Virus record (IMG/VR): IMGVR_UViG_3300045988_119787
Location: 10,557 to 74,556 of that record
Origin: a virus
Length of the DNA: 64,000 nucleotides
Reading direction: 5' to 3' (one strand)
Shown: positions 57,526 through 63,916 of the stretch, piece after piece
Position numbering within the stretch: position 1 is the stretch's first letter
Layout of the letters: each line of letters begins with the position of its first letter
The notes under the pieces: generated by a model
Told to the model about the DNA's origin: nothing
Database searches by the model: none
What the model saw: only the letters and a program-made list of their open reading frames with translations
Program-made: the position numbers and the translations under genes

Positions 57526-57551
57526 CCTGCCTATCCTCACGGACCAGCAGG
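57526..57551 (-). promoter_or_regulatory. Conserved-loop hairpin, copy 3 (CCTGC-UGGUCCGUGAGGAUAG-GCAGG on minus strand)
   Basis: Read directly. Loop differs from copy 1 at two transitions. The stem sequence is different but still complementary. Confidence 0.55.
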
Positions 57552-57640
57552 AGAGTAAAACTTTCAATTTATGTACAATAATAGTTGCCGCTGCAACAAT
57601 TTTCAGATTTCATGGAAAAAACCAACTAAACAAATAGAGT

Positions 57641-57748
57641 TGCAGAAGTGGGACTCGAACCCACGACTAGTTGCACGGTTTGATAAGAATATGCTAAGGA
57701 TTTATACATCTGTTACGTGCTTGCTCTAACCAACTGAGCTATTCTGCA
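57641..57748 (-). tRNA. tRNA-like gene with a 58-nt expanded arm replacing the anticodon arm and variable loop (108 nt, no encoded CCA)
   Basis: Minus strand TGCAGAA-TA-GCTC-AGTTGGTTA-GAGC-[58 nt]-GTGGG-TTCGAGT-CCCAC-TTCTGCA. Perfect 7-bp acceptor stem with canonical D and T arms. No 5-bp/7-nt anticodon stem-loop fits anywhere in the 58 nt. Confidence 0.6.
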
Positions 57749-58127
57749 AAGTTGCGGCATCATGCGCTACCATGAATTTAAGAGCCATGCTCACCGCTAG
57801 AAATGCAACAAAATTTGTTTCAACTATCAATTATGGCTAATCAACATCACACACGTGCGTTGCATTTCCTATATAAGAACTTAAATATATTCGCCTTTTT
57901 CCAATATGTCAAAGAACAAATGCCCACAAACTGGCAATGGGATTGTTTGAGAATCTGTTACATATTTAAAATGAAGGTGTTGGTAGAATGCTCGACCACA
58001 ACATTTCCTTATGGTTCGTGGCGCCTGAAAAGTATCAACGCAAACAACTATATTTCGCCACTGGTCTTTACCGCTCTTTTGTCACCGTTTCATTCGGATT
58101 TAATATAATAACAATATTTCAAAACTA

Positions 58128-58203
58128 TGGAGGCGCCAAGCGGAATCGAACCGCCGACCTCTGCAAACCTCCTTGCAGCGCTCTACCACTGAGCTAAGGC
58201 GCC
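58128..58203 (-). tRNA. tRNA-like gene with encoded CCA whose 'anticodon' hairpin displays the SD sequence (CUGCAA-GGAGGU-UUGCAG)
   Basis: Minus strand GGCGCCT-TA-GCTC-AGTGGTA-GAGC-G-CTGCAAGGAGGTTTGCAG-AGGTC-GGCGG-TTCGATT-CCGCT-TGGCGCC-T-CCA. The loop is 6 nt (6-bp stem) or 8 nt (5-bp stem), never 7, and has no U33. Confidence 0.65.
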
Positions 58204-58207
58204 AAGA

Positions 58208-58235
58208 TCACTCCTATTCTCACGAACCAGAGTGA
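58208..58235 (-). promoter_or_regulatory. Conserved-loop hairpin, copy 1 (UCACUC-UGGUUCGUGAGAAUAG-GAGUGA), 4 nt upstream of tRNA-like 2
   Basis: Read directly from the sequence. Confidence 0.55.
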
Positions 58236-58297
58236 AGTGTAATAACTAAAATACATTTTTTAAGAATGAAATAAAATTGTATATTATGCTTTGAACC

Positions 58298-58334
58298 CAC
58301 TCTTTCAAAACCTCCACCCTGCTCACGCAGAGTG
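58298..58334 (-). promoter_or_regulatory. Diverged hairpin copy 2 (CACUC-27-nt loop containing CGUGAG and GGUGGAGGUU-GAGUG)
   Basis: Shares GTTATT..TTCACTCTG..CGTGAG with copy 1 on the minus strand. Confidence 0.4.
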
Positions 58335-58382
58335 AAGGAAAATAACGCTTAGAATTTTTATCTAAAAGCCTAACGGCTGTCA

Positions 58383-58595
58383 TCATTGCTCTTCTACCAG
58401 TTCGGGGTACTTCTTTACGAGGATTCCCCCATATCGGTTGGTTGCAACATCACGTATATTAACAGCCAACTCACTGTTCGTTTTGAATGCTATTGCAGCA
58501 TAAACTGCCGCATCGCAGCAGCCTACCGTCTTTGCTATTTTAGCTATTTTTGATTTTCTTATCAAAATTTTCGGCTTAAAAACTATTTTATCCAT
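58383..58595 (-). CDS. Cro-like small HTH protein
   Basis: 70 aa. SKIAKIAKTVGCCDAAVYAAIAF is HTH-like. Divergent from the CI-like gene. Confidence 0.5.
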   Translation of the reverse strand: MDKIVFKPKILIRKSKIAKIAKTVGCCDAAVYAAIAFKTNSELAVNIRDVATNRYGGILVKKYPELVEEQ

Positions 58596-58605
58596 ACTTT
58601 TTTAT

Positions 58606-58613
58606 TATCTTTG
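58606..58613 (+). promoter_or_regulatory. -7 box TATCTTTG (rightward), left arm of 11-bp inverted repeat TATCTTTGCAC
   Basis: Matches TAnnTTTG. 11 nt from the Cro-like ATG and about 150 nt upstream of the CI-like ATG. Confidence 0.5.
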
Positions 58614-58670
58614 CACACGTAAACTATTCGATGATAAGGAAACGAAGATTCGTTGTCCAAATCACGAGTG

Positions 58671-58678
58671 CAAAGATA
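58671..58678 (-). promoter_or_regulatory. -7 box TATCTTTG (leftward), right arm of inverted repeat
   Basis: Plus-strand CAAAGATA. The arm GTGCAAAGATA spans 58668-58678. Confidence 0.5.
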
Positions 58679-58762
58679 CATAATTATAGACACACAACCA
58701 AGAATATAGGCAATATTTTATATTATATTTATCTATTTACACATTTATAAACATTAAGAGAT

Positions 58763-59134
58763 ATGGAAGGATTAAGGGATAGAATCAATGAAATAAAAGA
58801 CTATTACAGACTGTCTAACAGAGGGTTTGCAGAAGCTGTAGGTGGCAAACCAGCTGCTACAAACAACTATCTGAACGGTACAAAGGAACCTTCTCTAGAG
58901 TTTGTAGACAGAATATTGTCTACCTATGTAGACATTTCTGCAGAATGGCTTCTTCGAGGTGAAGGTTCGATGTTTAAGGAAGACAAACCAACCGATGAAG
59001 CACTCTTGAAAGAGTTGTCAGAAGCCAAGGTCAAGCTGCTGGTACAAGAGGGCATCACCAAAGAGTTGCGTGATATGCTCCTGGAGAAGAACAACGGCAA
59101 GATTGCAGATGAGCGCAAGAGTCTTGTAGAATAA
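58763..59134 (+). CDS. XRE/CI-like HTH transcriptional regulator
   Basis: RLSNRGFAEAVGGKPAATNNYLNGTKEPSLEFVDRILSTYVDISAEWLLRGEG is a typical Bacteroidales XRE-type repressor. Coiled-coil C-terminus. Confidence 0.65.
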   Translation: MEGLRDRINEIKDYYRLSNRGFAEAVGGKPAATNNYLNGTKEPSLEFVDRILSTYVDISAEWLLRGEGSMFKEDKPTDEALLKELSEAKVKLLVQEGITKELRDMLLEKNNGKIADERKSLVE

Positions 59135-59149
59135 TACCTATATATACGA

Positions 59150-59178
59150 AAAAAGCAGAGCCTAGTGCCCTGCTTTTT
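59150..59178. terminator. Bidirectional intrinsic terminator
   Basis: aaaaa-GCAGAGC-ctagt-GCCCTGC-ttttt between convergent genes. Confidence 0.6.
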
Positions 59179-59181
59179 CTG

Positions 59182-59520
59182 TTACCATGTTATCATTCGG
59201 TCGTATTGCCTATGCCACATATAGGCAAGTTGTCTCTTATATTCTTTTATAAGTTTAAAACATGCCTTTACTTTCCATTTGGTACGCCTACCTAATATTA
59301 CATACTTAACATTCTCGGTATAGATGTATGCATGATCAACGGCTGTTTTCTTCTCTTCAGTCTTTTGGTATACACGTCTTTCTATACCAAACTTCGCAGC
59401 CTTCTTTAGCTTGCGAGGAATGCGAGCCTTAAAACCTCTAAAGAATCTTCTTCTCATGCTTACCTCGCTTTCTCTTTGATTTTGTCCGGATATGTATATC
59501 GAGAAGAAACATGCTACCAT
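59182..59520 (-). CDS. Basic hypothetical protein
   Basis: 112-aa ORF. An alternative ATG at 59457 gives MRRRFFRGFKARIPRKLKK.... Confidence 0.45.
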   Translation of the reverse strand: MVACFFSIYISGQNQRESEVSMRRRFFRGFKARIPRKLKKAAKFGIERRVYQKTEEKKTAVDHAYIYTENVKYVILGRRTKWKVKACFKLIKEYKRQLAYMWHRQYDRMITW

Positions 59521-59659
59521 CGCAACTAACCAAAGTGTAAACGTGAAATTCGCGGGACTTATATCGTGTTTTGAGCCTTTTACGCCACCTCACATCATAC
59601 CATCCTCTCAAAAGGAACGACTTCTTTATCTTCTTGATTTATTTAATACTAGTCATACG

Positions 59660-59956
59660 CTACTCCTTTCTTACGTATTCAATATCCTTGTATGATAACC
59701 GCTCCTTGCACCATGTAACCTCGTCCAACTCGTCGAAGTCGGAACCATCGGGTACGTCTTCTCCTATGATGAGGAAGATACGATCAGGAACGTTGGTCAT
59801 TTCGTTCTCACCCTCAAACTCTCGGATGGTGGTATCTAGGAGGTCGTAGAGGTCTTCTGCTTCGCCCTCGAAAAGAATCTTCTTTATATCACCCTTCCGG
59901 TTTTTGAGTTTCTTTCTAGCATCCTTCAATGCTTCGTAAGTCTCTTGTGTAATCAT
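59660..59956 (-). CDS. Acidic hypothetical protein
   Basis: Trimmed to ATG 59956, adjacent to the upstream stop at 59958. Confidence 0.5.
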   Translation of the reverse strand: MITQETYEALKDARKKLKNRKGDIKKILFEGEAEDLYDLLDTTIREFEGENEMTNVPDRIFLIIGEDVPDGSDFDELDEVTWCKERLSYKDIEYVRKE

Positions 59957-59957
59957 A

Positions 59958-60386
59958 TCACTTAAATTTAATAATAAAAAACTCAGTATCAAGCCATTTG
60001 TCGGGGCATAAGCCTTTCTTTGGCTTGCCGATGCTGATACTCTCAATCTCCTTCACAACCTTTGGGCTATCGTCATAGTAGCCATTTTTGAAGAGTACGT
60101 AGGTAAAGGGTACGAACTTCATAGTACCATCATCCAACCATTTCTTGATAGTGTCGGTATCTATAAGTATTTCCTCGCTCTTTCCTATGTGGAGTTTTTT
60201 GTACTTATCGAAATCTTTGCACTCCTCATCCTTGATAAGGAGGAGACGACTCATCCAAAAACCTTTAATCACCCGATACTCCTCTGTTTTCTCGCCTGAT
60301 AGGATCATATCAAACCATTCCTTGCTGACGGTGAGGGTAAGAACTTTCTTCAAATACTTATCCATTACCTTTGTCAGTCTGTCCAT
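59958..60386 (-). CDS. ASCH-domain-like protein
   Basis: LTVSKEWFDMILSGEKTEEYRVIK pattern. Confidence 0.45.
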   Translation of the reverse strand: MDRLTKVMDKYLKKVLTLTVSKEWFDMILSGEKTEEYRVIKGFWMSRLLLIKDEECKDFDKYKKLHIGKSEEILIDTDTIKKWLDDGTMKFVPFTYVLFKNGYYDDSPKVVKEIESISIGKPKKGLCPDKWLDTEFFIIKFK

Positions 60387-61054
60387 ACGCTAGTGCCACT
60401 TGTTGAATACCTAATAATGTCATTCGCTAGCTTTATGGCTAGCTTTGGCTTGAAGAAGCGAATCTTAGTCAACTCATCACGTAAGTCAGTAGCCATAGAA
60501 GCAATATTCGGAAGCTTGTTGAAAACACGGTTTTTCTCGGTTTCAAAGTCACCGGTCATACGGGCGTACTTCTCTTCCAAGTCCCTTGCCTTTTTCTTGT
60601 ACTCCTCTTCGAGGTCACCTTTTCTTACGATTTGCTCGTTTATAAGCTTCCTCTCCTTTTTCTTGTACTCGTTGTCAAGCTTATTCTTCTTGTCGGCATA
60701 GGATTGTTTTTCCATGTTTCTGTCGTGGATGCTACGATTAACCTCATCTTGCATAGCCTGTTCGACTTTCAAGCGAACGTCCCCGAAGTTAACGAAAGAT
60801 TCAGAAGATTCGATGGTACGTCTAACATTTCTAGGTTTACATATTTCTCCTAATCCTCCAATTCCACGAACTTGTCGATATGGGCTTTGTTCAATTTCAT
60901 AATATTCTACAACTGTCTCCTTGCGAAGAATAACCTTTGAGCCACCTTTCAAGGACTCATTCATTTTTTTGAGTTCCTTTACCTGCTCTTCCAACTCTGA
61001 GTTGCGCTTGCGTATTTCATCGTACTCAGATAAATCTACGTTTACTATTGCCAT
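60374..61054 (-). CDS. Coiled-coil hypothetical protein
   Basis: 226-aa Lys/Glu-rich ORF. Confidence 0.5.
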   Translation of the reverse strand: MAIVNVDLSEYDEIRKRNSELEEQVKELKKMNESLKGGSKVILRKETVVEYYEIEQSPYRQVRGIGGLGEICKPRNVRRTIESSESFVNFGDVRLKVEQAMQDEVNRSIHDRNMEKQSYADKKNKLDNEYKKKERKLINEQIVRKGDLEEEYKKKARDLEEKYARMTGDFETEKNRVFNKLPNIASMATDLRDELTKIRFFKPKLAIKLANDIIRYSTSGTSVWTD

Positions 61055-61057
61055 ATA

Positions 61058-61180
61058 CTACTTCTTTTCAAATTTCTTTTTCCACTCTTCGAAAGGCAAG
61101 ATTTCCTTGCTCTTTCCAAACACTCTCATGTGTCGCTTGTAGCTGTTGTATGCTCCAAGCTCTTCATTTACTTCTGTCAT
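61058..61180 (-). CDS. Small hypothetical protein (40 aa, below cutoff)
   Basis: ATGA overlap with the upstream stop. MTEVNEELGAYNSYKRHMRVFGKSKEILPFEEWKKKFEKK*. Confidence 0.3.
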   Translation of the reverse strand: MTEVNEELGAYNSYKRHMRVFGKSKEILPFEEWKKKFEKK

Positions 61181-61464
61181 ACGTCTTCCTCCTCAATCTT
61201 TTTTACGCCCAAGTTTCTTCTTCCTAACTCCATAATGAGCGAATCGGTATCAGCATAGTTTATATGCTCGTTCACAAACTTCTCTACATTGCTGAACGAT
61301 TTTTCATCAGGACCCTCACGGAATGTGTACTTGCGCAATTCAACTTCTATTTGACGAATATTCTGACGAAATAAGTCATACGTAATACAACCTATCTTTC
61401 CTTCTGCACGCAAAACTTGAGCAATAAGGATTGCCTTTTCTATCAGTTGAAATACTTTTTCCAT
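61177..61464 (-). CDS. Hypothetical protein
   Basis: 95-aa ORF. Confidence 0.5.
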   Translation of the reverse strand: MEKVFQLIEKAILIAQVLRAEGKIGCITYDLFRQNIRQIEVELRKYTFREGPDEKSFSNVEKFVNEHINYADTDSLIMELGRRNLGVKKIEEEDV

Positions 61465-61476
61465 AAGCTATAAATT

Positions 61477-61689
61477 TTAACGGATAACTCTTTTTCTGAA
61501 CTCAGCAAGCGTAGTTGGATATTTCGCTTTTGTCTTGTGATAATGCCTATAGCGGTGTATCTTCAAAAAAGAATTTACGAAGTGCTTACATTTCTTGAAG
61601 GTGTAACAACAAGTACAATCCTTACATCTACCTGTCGAATGCGTCCAGCAGTATGCAAAAATAAGACGCTCTAAAATAAAACTTCCCAT
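61477..61689 (-). CDS. Small Cys-rich basic protein
   Basis: Trimmed to ATG 61689 because a hairpin occupies 61708-61725. CWTHSTGRCKDCTCCYTFKKCKH. Confidence 0.4.
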   Translation of the reverse strand: MGSFILERLIFAYCWTHSTGRCKDCTCCYTFKKCKHFVNSFLKIHRYRHYHKTKAKYPTTLAEFRKRVIR

Positions 61690-61707
61690 AAGCCTATATT
61701 TAAAAGC

Positions 61708-61725
61708 CCCCCTCCGAAGAGAGGG
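61708..61725 (-). repeat. Intercistronic cUUCGg hairpin (CCCUCUC-UUCG-GAGGGGG)
   Basis: 7-bp stem with one G-U, followed by CTTTTAAA. Lies between the HNH stop and the next ATG. Confidence 0.5.
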
Positions 61726-61732
61726 CAATTAG

Positions 61733-62257
61733 TTATAATTGTATTTTTTGATTAAGCAAATTGCTCTTCGGAAACATCTTTGCTCTTTCTCTGTCGGCTA
61801 CAGAAATCGCTTCTTCCAAAGTATCGTATGACTTAAAAGAAACACCATTTATTCTAACTCTATATCGTTTACCTTCAATGGTCACATTTCTGTGCTTCGT
61901 TGTAGAAGCTAGAGCGGTAGAAATATTCTGAGCATTTTCTTTTCGAGTAACCTCTCTAAGATTACACTTTCTATTATTGAGAGTATTATGGTCTATGTGA
62001 TCTACAACATTGCTTGGATTTGTCTTTTTAAAAACAACATTATGCAACCACACTTGTTTGCGCTCCAACAATTTTTGCACTTTGGTCCTCACACCATCAA
62101 TATGTCCACTACGATTGACCGCAAGATTCCAAGTTCCCTTTATAGAGGAAACAATATCTAAATCTTGCTTATCAATATAGCAAAATATCTCGTCACCTTT
62201 GTATCGAATAACCAAGGCTATAGTTTCTCCATCTATTTCTATCGCTCTATTCTTCAT
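61733..62257 (-). CDS. HNH endonuclease with AP2-like DNA-binding domain
   Basis: VDHIDHNTLNNRKCNLREVTRKENAQN (HNH_3). KRYRVRINGVSFKSYDTLEEAI (AP2-like). Confidence 0.75.
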   Translation of the reverse strand: MKNRAIEIDGETIALVIRYKGDEIFCYIDKQDLDIVSSIKGTWNLAVNRSGHIDGVRTKVQKLLERKQVWLHNVVFKKTNPSNVVDHIDHNTLNNRKCNLREVTRKENAQNISTALASTTKHRNVTIEGKRYRVRINGVSFKSYDTLEEAISVADRERAKMFPKSNLLNQKIQL

Positions 62258-62258
62258 T

Positions 62259-63065
62259 CTACTTTAGCTTGCTAATATCCAAAAATGTACTACTATTACC
62301 ACTAGTTATAACTTGTGGAATTTCACCATTCCACTTCTCAATCCACATCTTCTGCAAGATAGCAGGAGTAAGAGAAGCGGTCTTCAATTCATTCGCTTCA
62401 CGCTCAGCCTTTGCCTGCACAAGCATCTTCTCTGCTTCTGCTTTCTTCACGGCTACCTCGTTGAGAGCACGCTGCGCTTCCTGAATGGCTTTATTCTTCT
62501 GATTGACAGCTTCGACTATCGAACTTGGATATTTCAAACCAGAAGTAAGCTGCTCTAGATGGAAATGTTCATTGGCGAGAGCCTTGCTGAGCTGAGCTTC
62601 GATGGCTTTCTCCACCAAATCACGATTGCTGACGATTTGGTCGGTTGTGTATTTGTTCAGCTGAATGCGGAAAGCATCCTTCACATAGTTGAACAGAGTA
62701 CCATTCACAATATCGTCCAGCCCCTTGCGGTACTTCTTGAATACTCTTGGAGCATTGCCGTCAACCATCTTCAGTGATACGGTAGGATCCACGGTGAACT
62801 CCGAGCCATCCTTGGCATTGATGGTGAATGCAGGATAGTCGATTGTCTGAACATAGGTAGGGTACTCGTACACCTCCTCAGTGAAAGGATTGTACCACAC
62901 ACGACCAGTGACAAGACTCACATCATCCACACCCTTCTCAGAACCATAGAGGTTGACCAAGATACCCTCAGAGCCAGCATCTACACGCTCGCTACAAGAG
63001 GTAGTTGAAAACAATGCTGAACCGAGCAGCATAAACAAACACAACTGATTAATCTTTCTTTTCAT
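62259..63065 (-). CDS. SPFH/Band-7 (HflC/prohibitin-like) lipoprotein
   Basis: Signal peptide with Cys24 (LFSTTSC). SPFH-like core followed by an Ala/Glu/Lys-rich helix AIQEAQRALNEVAVKKAEAEKMLVQAKAEREANE. Confidence 0.55.
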   Translation of the reverse strand: MKRKINQLCLFMLLGSALFSTTSCSERVDAGSEGILVNLYGSEKGVDDVSLVTGRVWYNPFTEEVYEYPTYVQTIDYPAFTINAKDGSEFTVDPTVSLKMVDGNAPRVFKKYRKGLDDIVNGTLFNYVKDAFRIQLNKYTTDQIVSNRDLVEKAIEAQLSKALANEHFHLEQLTSGLKYPSSIVEAVNQKNKAIQEAQRALNEVAVKKAEAEKMLVQAKAEREANELKTASLTPAILQKMWIEKWNGEIPQVITSGNSSTFLDISKLK

Positions 63066-63258
63066 TGTCTTTCTTATTTTTAAACGTTAAACAATTTGTT
63101 GCTATTGAGAACAATATCCAAAGAACAAAACCTAGCACTCCCACAAGGTTTAAGATGGTGTCTGCCTTGCTTACTGCCCTAAGGGTTAGGTTAAGAATCA
63201 TAAGCGTTGAGAGTAGCCACGCTACAAACAACATCACTTTCCATTTAATTTTCTTCAT
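63049..63258 (-). CDS. Small two-TM membrane protein upstream of SPFH gene
   Basis: 69 aa. VMLFVAWLLSTLMILNL and LVGVLGFVLWILFSIA. Confidence 0.45.
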   Translation of the reverse strand: MKKIKWKVMLFVAWLLSTLMILNLTLRAVSKADTILNLVGVLGFVLWILFSIATNCLTFKNKKDNEKKD

Positions 63259-63597
63259 AAGCTATCTTTTTTAGTTCGACTTTCATTTAAGGGTACACCC
63301 CAACCTTTTCCGCACACCACTATGGAGCGAGGACTGACCGACTTGAAATTTGGTTTTATATAATTATATATTTACCTACTCAAAGAGTACCAAATATCAA
63401 AATCTTACCTAGATATAGAAAAACCATTCCGCAAGCCTTCTTCGTCCCAGTGGAAACCTTTCGGTTCGTGCGTTGCCTGTTGAGGTTGGTCGCTCAGAGC
63501 AGGACTAGAGGGATATATCTTCCTAAGTTAGGGCCGTTTTATATATCGGCAGGTAAACCGAAGAGGACGGTACTGATGAAACCTCGTATGTTTTGCC

Positions 63598-63725
63598 AAA
63601 AAACTCGGGGAAAATAAAAATCCCCAAGTCGTGTGACGCCGACCTAGGGATTTCGTGATTGTATATATTGAACCTATTGAAGCAGGTTTATATATCGAAG
63701 TTCTCAACATCAATCGTCACATTGA
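63598..63725 (-). ncRNA. Candidate ~130-nt small RNA with own -7 box and intrinsic terminator
   Basis: -7 box TACTTTTG (63732-63739). Closing helix UGUGACG/CGUCACA (63715-63721 with 63632-63638). Internal AU-rich hairpin 63661-63696. Terminator CUUGGGGA-U5AU3-UCCCCGAG + U6 (63598-63628). Confidence 0.45.
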
Positions 63726-63731
63726 CGGATG

Positions 63732-63739
63732 CAAAAGTA
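63732..63739 (-). promoter_or_regulatory. -7 box (TACTTTTG on minus strand) for candidate sRNA
   Basis: Plus-strand CAAAAGTA. Confidence 0.45.
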
Positions 63740-63884
63740 CACAATCATAGACAATTATCCAAGCATTTATACACTCTTTAACCAACATAATCTAAAGAAA
63801 GCTTGTAACTGTCTGATACTAAATTACTTATAACGCTTTTCTTATTTTAAAACCGTATAAACATCAAAGAAAATTACCAAAAAA

Positions 63885-63916
63885 TTTGTGTTATAAAAAA
63901 GTTATCATTATCTTTG
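63885..63916 (+). promoter_or_regulatory. Rightward promoter: -33 TTTG (63885-63888) and -7 TATCTTTG (63909-63916)
   Basis: 20-nt spacing fits the Bacteroides consensus. Third copy of TATCTTTGCA. The target gene lies beyond the window. Confidence 0.55.

Noticed and set aside
57665-57722. Interpreting the 58-nt insert of tRNA-like 1 as a standard tRNA intron or a class II long variable arm.
   Set aside because: It is far too short for a bacterial group I intron and too long for a variable arm. It has no bulge-helix-bulge motif. No flanking 5-bp anticodon stem with a U33-containing loop can be reconstituted by simple excision. I kept it as an open alternative in the finding rather than as an annotation.
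57803-58197. Plus-strand ORFs 57803-58108 and 57988-58197 in the noncoding island.
   Set aside because: The second runs through tRNA-like gene 2. Both have unremarkable, low-complexity translations, and neither has a promoter or RBS context. The region is better explained as RNA-coding or regulatory.
58011-63470. Recurrence of the 8-mer GGTTCGTG: plus strand at 58012-58019 and 63463-63470, minus strand in hairpin copy 1.
   Set aside because: About two chance occurrences of any 8-mer are expected in 128 kb of two-strand sequence. The orientations and contexts are inconsistent.
63421-63480. Resemblance to a c-di-GMP-I (GEMM-I) riboswitch on the minus strand: ACAGGCAACGCACGAACC-GAAA-GGUUUCCACUGGGACGAAGAAGGC versus ...ACAGGGCAAACC..GAAA..GGGACGCAAAGCC.
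   Set aside because: I could not build the required P1/P2 pairings by hand. The GACGCAAAGCC core is not matched exactly, and no second tetraloop-receptor hairpin is evident. It needs an Infernal scan before any claim.
63528-63713. 61-aa minus-strand ORF within the candidate sRNA region.
   Set aside because: It reads straight through a strong hairpin-plus-U6 terminator, and its translation has a basic, junk-like composition.
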